A DNA stretch of 64,000 nucleotides from NCBI GenBank assembly GCA_036269895.1, contig DATBDN010000004.1, positions 4,759 through 68,758 of the forward strand, read 5' to 3'. Shown in pieces: positions 33,860 through 41,818 of the stretch (the stretch's first letter is position 1; the number at the start of each line of letters is the position of its first letter). The notes under the pieces were generated by a model. That model saw only the letters and a list, made by a program, of their open reading frames with translations, was not told the DNA's origin and searched no databases. A program made the position numbers and the translations under genes. Origin of the DNA: Thermoleophilaceae bacterium. GTDB taxonomy: Bacteria; Actinomycetota; Thermoleophilia; Solirubrobacterales; Thermoleophilaceae.

Positions 33860-35119
33860 GCCGACGAGCCAGGCGGTCACGGCCGCCAGAATCGCGATCG
33901 GCGCGGTCTCTGCGGCAACGCTGCCTGCGAGCAGCGTCGCCAGCACCGCCCCGAAAAACGGCAGGCCGGAGACTGCCGCTGATCCCGCTGCGATGCCGGC
34001 GACGGCCGCCGGGGTGAGCGCAAAGCCGGGCAGGACGTGCGAGCCAAGCACGCCGGCCGCACAGCCGAGCGAGATCGCCGGGAAGATCGGGCCCCCGCGA
34101 AAGCCGCTGGCCAGCGACAGCAGGTAGCCCGCGCCCTTGAACGCGAGAACGGCGAGCAGGACACCGGCGGAGCCCTCGGCGATGTAGTCCCCCGAAGCGG
34201 CTTGGCCGGAGAAGAGCACGAAGTCCACCGGGCGGTCGGTAAGCCCGCGGAACACGGCCGCCAGGCTGCCGATCGCGAGGCCCGCGACCACGAGACGCGA
34301 GAGCACGGGCGCCGACCAGCGAGCAGCGACCGCCGCGGCTGCCGGGCGGAAACTTGCGATTGCCACGGCGACGATCGCCGCGACCGGCAGCGACCACAGG
34401 ATGTCGACGACGTGAACAGTCGGATAGTCGGGCAGCCCTGGCAGGCCGAGCGACTGCTCGTGAACCCCAGGCCAGCCGGCCACACCGGTGAAGACGAGTG
34501 AGCCGACGCCGGCGGCCACGAACCCTGGGAGCAGCGCCCGCCCGACGACTGCCGCGGGCACCCTGCCGGAAGCGGAGACCGCCTCGAAGAAGAAAAGCAG
34601 GACCGGCAGCGGCCCTCCGAACAGCCCGGCCATCGCCGCGAACGCCCCTGCCAGCGCAAGCGGCATCGCCTGCGGCCCTGTCGCGCGCAGGGCGCGCGCC
34701 GCGACTACCCCGACCGTCAGCCCCAGCGCCAGGAGCGGCGCCTCGGGGCCAAGCACGATGCCGCCTGCCAGGGCGATCAGGGTGACAGCAAGCACCGAAA
34801 CGACGTTGATCGGCGGGGCTTGCTCCATCGACAAGCCCTGTAGCGGTGAATGGCCGCCGTGGCCGGGCAGTCGCAACGCGAGCGCCACGATGACGCCGGC
34901 GAGCGCGGGCACCAGCACGACATACCACCACGACGGCTCCTGCCAGCCGAACCAATCCGGCACGTCGTTCCAGACCAGCGTTGTGGCGCCGTGGAGCACC
35001 GACTCGAAGATCGCGGCTGCCGCCGCCGCGGGCACGCCGATGAGCGCGCCGGCCACGAGACCGCCCACGAGCGTGCGAGTCCCGTCACTCGTGTTCACGG
35101 CCACCGGCCCGACGTTCAC
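33689..35119 (-). CDS. ClC-family voltage-gated chloride channel / H+-Cl- antiporter
   Basis: GHGGHSPL(QG), GGIVLGPEAPL and GFRGGPIFP selectivity-filter-like motifs, 10+ TM. The last ~55 codons are antisense to 33446..33859. Confidence 0.85.
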   Translation of the reverse strand: MNVGPVAVNTSDGTRTLVGGLVAGALIGVPAAAAAAIFESVLHGATTLVWNDVPDWFGWQEPSWWYVVLVPALAGVIVALALRLPGHGGHSPLQGLSMEQAPPINVVSVLAVTLIALAGGIVLGPEAPLLALGLTVGVVAARALRATGPQAMPLALAGAFAAMAGLFGGPLPVLLFFFEAVSASGRVPAAVVGRALLPGFVAAGVGSLVFTGVAGWPGVHEQSLGLPGLPDYPTVHVVDILWSLPVAAIVAVAIASFRPAAAAVAARWSAPVLSRLVVAGLAIGSLAAVFRGLTDRPVDFVLFSGQAASGDYIAEGSAGVLLAVLAFKGAGYLLSLASGFRGGPIFPAISLGCAAGVLGSHVLPGFALTPAAVAGIAAGSAAVSGLPFFGAVLATLLAGSVAAETAPIAILAAVTAWLVGLGANNAWARQGPDHPDVEPDDDQRPDRVVGDEEEVRDRAQHRDRDRADAGPGGLAE

Positions 35120-35140
35120 GGCCGCCAGGGTGACGACGCG

Positions 35141-35157
35141 TCACCCTCGCCGGGTGA
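35141..35157. promoter_or_regulatory. Palindromic site P7: TCACCC-TCGCC-GGGTGA
   Basis: Perfect inverted repeat flanked by TCACGG-N6-GGGTGA (35116-35133) and TCACCC-GCGGT-GGCCCG (35165-35181). Confidence 0.7.
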
Positions 35158-35215
35158 GGCCCGATCACCCGCGGTGGCCCGACTATGGGCTCAAATCCGA
35201 GTGAGGAGCGGCTCG

Positions 35216-35629
35216 ATGAGTACTCAATACGACCCGCCGCGGACTGACCAGCCCTCAGGCTGGGCGACCGGCGGTCTGATGTTCGCGGCATGCGCGCTGA
35301 CGCTGGTCGGGATCTTCCAGTTTCTCACCGGGCTCGTCGCGATCATCAACGACAACTTCTTCGTCGTCTCGCACAACTACACGTTCAACCTCGACACGAC
35401 CGCATGGGGCTGGATCCATCTGCTGATCGGCGTCGCGGTGTTCCTCGTCGGTCTCGGCCTGTTCACCGGCAGGGAGTGGGCGGCTGTCGGCGGCATCGCC
35501 CTCGCGATGCTGAGCGCAATCGCCAACTTCTTCTTCATCCCCTACTACCCCATCTGGTCGCTGCTCATCATCGGGCTCGACGTCTGGGTCATCTGGGCGC
35601 TGTCGCGGGCGGGCGTGCTACGCAGCTGA
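35216..35629 (+). CDS. 137-aa four-TM membrane protein (paralog B)
   Basis: MSTQYDPPRTDQPSGWATGGLMFAA..FFVVSHNYTFNLDTTAWGWIHLLIG..IANFFFIPYYPIWSLLIIGLDVWVIWAL. GAGGAG ribosome-binding site. Confidence 0.75.
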   Translation: MSTQYDPPRTDQPSGWATGGLMFAACALTLVGIFQFLTGLVAIINDNFFVVSHNYTFNLDTTAWGWIHLLIGVAVFLVGLGLFTGREWAAVGGIALAMLSAIANFFFIPYYPIWSLLIIGLDVWVIWALSRAGVLRS

Positions 35630-36718
35630 TCTCTCGCCGGCGCCGCTCAGGTCGTGCGATATGTGCACGATCGCCGAGGTGACCGGCGCCGCCAGCACCA
35701 GGCCGGCCATCCCGAACAGCGCGCCGCCCGCGAGCGTCACAACGAGCACGGCCAGCGGGTGTATGTCAAGCGCAGCGCCATACGCAAACGGCTGTACTAG
35801 CTGCTGAAGCACGCCGTTGCCAAGCAACGCGATCACGGCCATCGCGAGGGCACCGTCGGCACCCTGTGCTCCGAGGGCCAGCAGCACCGCGAACACCCCC
35901 GCCGTCCATGCGCCTAGGTACGGCACGTAGGCGCCGAGGAAGGTGACAATCGCGATCGCTCCTGCAAGGGGCACGCCGATGATCAACGCGCCGAGCCCGA
36001 TCACGACCGCGTTGAAGGCGGCCACAACGGTGACACCGCGGAAGTAGCCGCGCAGCGCGCGCAGCATCTCGCTGACGACCGTGTGCGCGATCGGCCGCGG
36101 CACGCCCGCGTGACGCTCGACCCAGTCGCGCAGCGACGGGCCGTCTTTGAGCAGGAAGAACAGCGCCAAAGCGGTGAACGCGGCGAACGCGGCCAGCGAC
36201 GCCAGCGCCGACAAGCCGCTTGCCACACCGTGGAGCAGCGCCGCGCCCGCCGACGAGACCGACGACTTGGCCTCGGCCTCTCCGTTGTCCGCGGCCGACT
36301 GGTCCACGCCCACGTCCTTCACGGCCGTCCCGACCTTGTCGACCGCCGCAGAGAGACCGTTGCTGATCCGGTCCGACTGCCCCGTGATCCCGCCGATCAC
36401 GACGACCGCGACGACGGCGCCGAGCGCGACGATCGCCAGGAGCACCGACGCGCTACCGAGCGCGCGCGGCACACGGTGGTGCGCGAGCCACCCGATCACC
36501 GGGGCCGCCACCGCAGCGATGATCGTCGCAGTCAGCAGTGGCAAGACGATGACGCTCGTGAGGGCGAGCAGCCAAACCGCGCCCACGACGATCAGGACGA
36601 TGCCGACCAGCAGCCACGCGACCCCGCCGGCATCTCGCAGCCATTTCGGGGCTGCGAACACGCCCGTCAGTTCGCCTGCGTCGACAGCGCCGGTGTCAGC
36701 AGCCGCGTCCTCCACCAC
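35618..36718 (-). CDS. AI-2E family (PerM-like) transporter
   Basis: 8 TM with the characteristic FLGAYVPYLGAW and LLGNGVLQQLVQP segments. Confidence 0.85.
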   Translation of the reverse strand: MVEDAAADTGAVDAGELTGVFAAPKWLRDAGGVAWLLVGIVLIVVGAVWLLALTSVIVLPLLTATIIAAVAAPVIGWLAHHRVPRALGSASVLLAIVALGAVVAVVVIGGITGQSDRISNGLSAAVDKVGTAVKDVGVDQSAADNGEAEAKSSVSSAGAALLHGVASGLSALASLAAFAAFTALALFFLLKDGPSLRDWVERHAGVPRPIAHTVVSEMLRALRGYFRGVTVVAAFNAVVIGLGALIIGVPLAGAIAIVTFLGAYVPYLGAWTAGVFAVLLALGAQGADGALAMAVIALLGNGVLQQLVQPFAYGAALDIHPLAVLVVTLAGGALFGMAGLVLAAPVTSAIVHISHDLSGAGERSAA

Positions 36719-36751
36719 CCAGATCCTGCGAGCGCAGCGGGTGAGCCAGCA

Positions 36752-36768
36752 TCACCCCGCGCGGGTGA
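36752..36768. promoter_or_regulatory. Palindromic site P8: TCACCC-CGCGC-GGGTGA
   Basis: Perfect inverted repeat in the divergent region between 36718(-) and zwf. It is preceded by GGGTGA at 36739-36744. Confidence 0.7.
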
Positions 36769-36792
36769 GGCCCAGGTCGAGGCCGACCCAAG

Positions 36793-36809
36793 TCACCCGT
36801 GATGGGTGA
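36793..36809. promoter_or_regulatory. Palindromic site P9: TCACCC-GTGAT-GGGTGA
   Basis: Perfect inverted repeat. Its centre is 43-46 nt upstream of the zwf start (GTG 36844 / ATG 36847). Confidence 0.7.
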
Positions 36810-36846
36810 TTGACGGCGCAATGACCACCTGAAATGAATCGCGGTG

Positions 36847-38286
36847 ATGGCAACCACAACGGCCCCGCGCGCGGCTGACGCCCAGGTCACGCGCGATTCT
36901 GGCCCACTTCAAGCCGACGTGTTCGTCGCATTCGGCATCACGGGCGACCTGGCAAAGGTCATGACGCTTCGCTCGCTCTACCGCCTCGAGCGGCGCGGCC
37001 TCCTCGAGTGCCCGATCGTCGGCGTCGCCGTCGACGATTGGACCGTCGACGACCTGCGCGAACGGGCGCGCAGCGCGATCGTCGACGGCGGCGACGAACT
37101 CGACGAAGCCGTCTTCAAGCGGTTCGCGGACCGACTCTCATACGTCAGCGGCGATTTCGGCGATCCGGAGACGTTCGAACGGCTCAAGAAACACCTGGGC
37201 GAGGTGCAATCGCCGGTCTTCTACCTCGAAATCCCGCCGTTCCTCTTCGGTCGCGTCGTGAAGGGCCTGCATGACGCCGGCATGACGAAGAATGCGCGCG
37301 TCGTCGTCGAAAAGCCGTTCGGCCACGACCTCGGGTCCGCCCACGAGCTCGCGGACGAGCTGCACCAGTACATCGACGAGTCGCAGCTGTTCAGGATCGA
37401 CCACTTCCTCGGAAAGATGGGACTGGTCGAGATCCTCTACCTCCGGTACGCGAACGCGATGTTCGAACCGGTCTGGAACCGCAACTACATCGGCTCCGTC
37501 CAGATCACGATGGCGGAGTCCTTCGGCGTGGCCGACCGTGGGCATTTCTATGACCCGGTTGGCGCCCTGCGCGACGTGGTGGTCAACCACCTGATGCAGG
37601 TGGTCGCGGCCACCGCAATGGAGCCGCCGGGCGCGCGCGACGCACGGGCACTGAAGGACGCGATCTACTCGCTGTTCTCCTCGATCCCGGCGGCAGACCC
37701 GCACCATTACGTGCGCGGCCAGCACGACGGCTACCTCGACATCGACGGCGTCGCTCCCAACTCGACCACCGAGACCTACGCGGCGCTGCGCATCGACATC
37801 GACAACTGGCGCTGGTCGGGCGTCCCGTTCTTCATCCGCACCGGGAAGCTGATGCCGGCGACCCAGACCGAGGTGCGCGTCGTGTTCCGCGAGCCGCCAC
37901 GGCTTGGCTTCCACCACGGCAATCGGCGGCCGGAGCCGAACCAGCTAGTCGTCAGGCTCGACCCGACGACCGGGATCCGCCTGCAGGTCGACGCGAAGCG
38001 CCACGACGCCGCCGACGCGGGCGAGATCGCGCTGGACATGGAGTTCGCGCTCGAGGGCGGCGAGGGCGCGGCTCCGTACGAGGTCCTGCTGCTCGCCGCG
38101 ATGCGCGGCGACGCGACGCGCTTCACCCGCCAGGACGGAATCGAGCAGGCGTGGCGGATCATGGCTCCGCTGCTCGAATCGCCGCCGCCGGTGCATCCGT
38201 ACGCGCCCAGCACATGGGGGCCGAAGGAGGCTGACGAAGTCGTCGCGGGCTTCGGCCGCTGGCACGAGCCCTGGATCGTCCAATGA
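36847..38286 (+). CDS. zwf: Glucose-6-phosphate 1-dehydrogenase
   Basis: FGITGDLAK dinucleotide motif, EKPFGHD, RIDHFLGK active-site signature. The start could be GTG 36844. Confidence 0.9.
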   Translation: MATTTAPRAADAQVTRDSGPLQADVFVAFGITGDLAKVMTLRSLYRLERRGLLECPIVGVAVDDWTVDDLRERARSAIVDGGDELDEAVFKRFADRLSYVSGDFGDPETFERLKKHLGEVQSPVFYLEIPPFLFGRVVKGLHDAGMTKNARVVVEKPFGHDLGSAHELADELHQYIDESQLFRIDHFLGKMGLVEILYLRYANAMFEPVWNRNYIGSVQITMAESFGVADRGHFYDPVGALRDVVVNHLMQVVAATAMEPPGARDARALKDAIYSLFSSIPAADPHHYVRGQHDGYLDIDGVAPNSTTETYAALRIDIDNWRWSGVPFFIRTGKLMPATQTEVRVVFREPPRLGFHHGNRRPEPNQLVVRLDPTTGIRLQVDAKRHDAADAGEIALDMEFALEGGEGAAPYEVLLLAAMRGDATRFTRQDGIEQAWRIMAPLLESPPPVHPYAPSTWGPKEADEVVAGFGRWHEPWIVQ

Positions 38287-40232
38287 CGACCTCCAAGACA
38301 CGCAGTGACGGTGCGAAGCCGAAGTCGAAGCCGCTCGAGTCGCTTCCGGTCACCGCTTCGATCCCGCAGAGCGCCGCCGCACCGTCACCGTTCACCCCGA
38401 TCGCCGACTATGCGTTCCTGTCGAACTGCCACACCGGGGCGCTTGTAGCGCCGGATGGCGCCATCGACTGGCTGTGCGTGCCGCGCTTCGACTCGCCCAG
38501 CGTCTTCGGCGCCCTCGTCGACCGTGAGGCTGGCTTCTTTCGACTGGGGCCATACGGCACCCGCGTCCCCGACTCGCGCATCTACGAGCCGGGCACCAAC
38601 ACGCTGCTCACGACCTGGCGCGCGCCCGGCGGCTGGATCATGGTGCGCGACGCGCTCACAATGGGGCCGCGTCGCGGCGAGGACAACGTAACGCCGCACA
38701 CTCGCCCGCCGACCGACGAGGACGCCGATCACGTGCTGCTGCGCAGCGTGCTCTGCTTGGAGGGCTCTGTAGAGCTCGAGCTGGTCTGCGAACCCGGCTT
38801 CGACTATGGCCGTGCACCCGGAGAGTGGGAGCTGCTCGGCAACGACCGACACACCGCCGACGTCAGCGGCGCGGGTCTGACTATCCGCCTGACCACCGAC
38901 CTGCCGATTGGCATCGAGGGCAACCGCGCGCGCTGCCGCCACGTGCTGCGGCAGGGCGAGCAGGCCTTCTGCGCGCTCTCCTGGGCGGAGGACTCCGGCG
39001 CGCCGCGGACTATCGACGAGGCGAACGCTTCGCTTGCCGCAACCACGCGTTTCTGGCGTGACTGGATCGCGCGCGCCCGCATCATCGACCACCGCTGGCG
39101 CGCCCCGGTCCAGCGCTCGGCGCTGGTGATCAAGGGCCTCACCTACATGCCAACCGGAGCGACAGTCGCGGCGCTCACGACATCGCTTCCGGAGACGCCG
39201 GGCGGCGCCCGTAACTGGGACTACCGCTTCACGTGGATGCGCGACTCGACGTTCACGCTGCAGGCGCTCCACTGGCTCCAGCTGGACTGGGAGGCAGACG
39301 AGTTCATGCAGTTCATCGCCGACCTCGAGCCGAACGACGACGGCGGTCTGCAGATCATGTACGGGATCGACGGGCGCCGCGACCTGACCGAATCGACACG
39401 CGACGAGCTCTCCGGCTACGCCGGCGCCTCCCCCGTCCGCGTCGGCAACGGCGCCTTCGATCAGCGCCAGAACGACGTCTTCGGCGCCGTTCTCGACTCG
39501 ATCTACGTCCACACGCAACACAGTCAGCGCCTGCCGCGGCGGCTGTGGCCGATCGTCCAGGCGCAGGCGGAGTGTGCGACCGCCGTCTGGCAGAACCCCG
39601 ACCAGGGGATTTGGGAGGCGCGCGGTGCGCCGCAGCACTACGTGTCGTCGAAGCTGATGTGTTGGGTCGCGCTCGATCGCGCCGCCAAGCTCGCCGACGT
39701 GCGCGGCGATTCGGACTCGAAGAAGCGCTGGGCGGCGACTGCCGAGGCGATCAAGGCGGACATCCTTGAACACGGCGTGGACAAGCGCGGCGTGCTCCGC
39801 CAGCACTACGCGACCGACTCACTCGATGCCTCGACGCTGCTGGCGGCGGTCTTCGGCTTCCTGCCCGCCGACGACCAGCGGCTGCGCGCGACCGTCGAGG
39901 CGATCGCGAGCGAGCTGACCGAGGACGGCTTCGTCCTCCGTTACCGCACCGACGAGACCGATGATGGCCTGTCCGGCAAGGAGGGCACCTTCATCATCTG
40001 CTCGTTCTGGCTCGTCTCCGCGCTGGCCGTGATCGGTGAAGTCCAACGCGCACGCGACCTGTTCGAGCGACTGCTGCGCGAGGCGTCGCCGCTCGGCCTC
40101 TACGCCGAGGAGTTCGACGCCGTGACCGGCCGTCACCTGGGCAACTACCCGCAGGCCTTCTCACACCTCGCGCTGATCGAAGCGGCGGCCCGGATCGTCC
40201 TGCACGAGCGACTGGAGGAGATGGATCGATGA
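38283..40232 (+). CDS. Glycoside hydrolase family 15 (glucoamylase/trehalase-like)
   Basis: IADYAFLSNCHTGALVAPDGAIDWLC.PRFDS.., NWDYRFTWMRDS, EEFD..TG..LGNYPQAFSHLALI. ATGA overlap with zwf. Confidence 0.85.
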   Translation: MTTSKTRSDGAKPKSKPLESLPVTASIPQSAAAPSPFTPIADYAFLSNCHTGALVAPDGAIDWLCVPRFDSPSVFGALVDREAGFFRLGPYGTRVPDSRIYEPGTNTLLTTWRAPGGWIMVRDALTMGPRRGEDNVTPHTRPPTDEDADHVLLRSVLCLEGSVELELVCEPGFDYGRAPGEWELLGNDRHTADVSGAGLTIRLTTDLPIGIEGNRARCRHVLRQGEQAFCALSWAEDSGAPRTIDEANASLAATTRFWRDWIARARIIDHRWRAPVQRSALVIKGLTYMPTGATVAALTTSLPETPGGARNWDYRFTWMRDSTFTLQALHWLQLDWEADEFMQFIADLEPNDDGGLQIMYGIDGRRDLTESTRDELSGYAGASPVRVGNGAFDQRQNDVFGAVLDSIYVHTQHSQRLPRRLWPIVQAQAECATAVWQNPDQGIWEARGAPQHYVSSKLMCWVALDRAAKLADVRGDSDSKKRWAATAEAIKADILEHGVDKRGVLRQHYATDSLDASTLLAAVFGFLPADDQRLRATVEAIASELTEDGFVLRYRTDETDDGLSGKEGTFIICSFWLVSALAVIGEVQRARDLFERLLREASPLGLYAEEFDAVTGRHLGNYPQAFSHLALIEAAARIVLHERLEEMDR

Positions 40233-41818
40233 CCGAGCACTACGACGTGATCGTGATTGGCAGCGGCGCAGGCGGCGGGACGCTCGTCCACAAGCTCGCG
40301 CCGTCCGGCAAGAAGATCCTGCTGCTGGAGCGCGGGGACTGGCTCCCGCGGGAGCCCTCCAACTGGAGCGCGTACGACGTGTTCGTGGACAACCGCTACG
40401 TCTCCCCCGACACGTGGTACGACGCCAACGACAAGGCGTTCCAGCCACAGATCCATTACTTCGTCGGCGGCGCCACCAAGCTGTACGGAGCAGCGCTCTA
40501 CCGGCTGCGCGCCGAGGACTTCGGCGAGCTGCAGCACCACGACGGCGTGTCTCCCGCGTGGCCGATCTCATACGACGAGCTCGAGCCTCACTACACGGAG
40601 GCCGAGCAGCTCTACGAGGTCCACGGAGCGCGCGGCGAGGACCCGACGGAGCCGCCGGCGAGCGCGCCGTACCCGTTCCCGGCGGTATCGCACGAGCCGC
40701 GGATCCAACAACTCTCCGACGATCTTGCAGCGCTCGGCTTGAACCCCTTCCACGCCCCGTGCGGCATCCGCTTGAACGAGCAGAACATGCCGTACAGCGT
40801 CTGCGTGCGCTGCCAGGACTGCGATGGGTTCCCCTGCGTGCTGCACGCGAAGTCCGATGCCGAGGTCATGGCCGTGCGGCCCGCGCTCGAGAACGACAAT
40901 GTCACGCTCCTCACCGGCGCACACGTCGTGAGGCTCGAAACCGACGCGACGGGCACCTCTGTGGCCCGGGTTGTGGTCGAGCGCGACGGCTTGGTGCTGG
41001 GCTACTCAGGCGACATCGTCGTCGTCGCCTGCGGCGCGGCGAACACAGCGAAGCTGCTGCTCGCATCGGCGAACGACAAGCACCCGAACGGGCTGGCGAA
41101 CAGCTCGGACCAGGTCGGGCGCAACTACATGTTCCACAACAGCCAGGCCGTGCTCGCGCTGTCACGTGAGGAGAACCCGACGATCTTCCAGAAGACGCTC
41201 GGGCTGAACGACTTCTACCTCGGCGCCGACGACTTCGACTACCCGCTCGGCAACATCCAGATGGTCGGGAAGTCGCAGGCGGACATGTTCCGCGGGGAGA
41301 AGCCGCTCGAGACGCTGCTGGCTCCGCAGGGGGCGCTCAAGCGGGTCGCCACCCACGCAGTCGACTTCTGGCTCTCGACCGAGGATCTGCCACGGTCGGA
41401 GAACAGAGTCACGCTGCGCGATGACGGCAGCGTCCGGCTGCGCTACACGCCCAACAACGACGAACCGAAGCGACGGCTGTTCGAGCGGCTGAAGGCGATG
41501 CTCGGCAAGCTCGGGATGGAGGAGGGTCACCTCCACCACCGCCACGCCTACCTCAAGAACGACATCCCCGTCGCCGGCGTCGCCCACCAGGCGGGTACCT
41601 GCCGCTTCGGCAACGATCCTGCGACGTCGGTCCTGAATCCAGAGTGCCGCGCACACGAGCTCGACAACCTCTACGTGACCGACACGAGCATCTTCCCGTC
41701 GATCGGCGCGGTGAACCCTGCGCTGACCGCGATGGCGAATGCGCTGCGGGTGGGCGACCACCTGCTCGAACGGCTCGGCGCGACCGCCGAGAGGGAGGTG
41801 CAGCATGTCCAGAAGTAA
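40229..41818 (+). CDS. GMC-family FAD-dependent oxidoreductase
   Basis: YDVIVIGSGAGGG FAD motif. C-terminal GTCRFG..P..SV....CR.HE..NLYV.D.S.FPS motif. ATGA overlap upstream. Confidence 0.85.
   Translation: MTEHYDVIVIGSGAGGGTLVHKLAPSGKKILLLERGDWLPREPSNWSAYDVFVDNRYVSPDTWYDANDKAFQPQIHYFVGGATKLYGAALYRLRAEDFGELQHHDGVSPAWPISYDELEPHYTEAEQLYEVHGARGEDPTEPPASAPYPFPAVSHEPRIQQLSDDLAALGLNPFHAPCGIRLNEQNMPYSVCVRCQDCDGFPCVLHAKSDAEVMAVRPALENDNVTLLTGAHVVRLETDATGTSVARVVVERDGLVLGYSGDIVVVACGAANTAKLLLASANDKHPNGLANSSDQVGRNYMFHNSQAVLALSREENPTIFQKTLGLNDFYLGADDFDYPLGNIQMVGKSQADMFRGEKPLETLLAPQGALKRVATHAVDFWLSTEDLPRSENRVTLRDDGSVRLRYTPNNDEPKRRLFERLKAMLGKLGMEEGHLHHRHAYLKNDIPVAGVAHQAGTCRFGNDPATSVLNPECRAHELDNLYVTDTSIFPSIGAVNPALTAMANALRVGDHLLERLGATAEREVQHVQK

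Noticed and set aside
26389-36809. The TCACCC-N5-GGGTGA hairpins as intrinsic terminators, a known riboswitch or REP-type repeats. Also their identity with DosR, Rex or CRP boxes.
   Set aside because: There are no U-tracts. The arm sequence is conserved rather than just the pairing potential. The sites lie upstream of genes, not downstream. The spacing and half-sites differ from DosR (GGGACT-WW-AGTCCC), Rex (TTGTGAA-N4-TTCACAA) and CRP (TGTGA-N6-TCACA). REP-like behaviour cannot be excluded without the whole genome, so it is kept as the refutation test.
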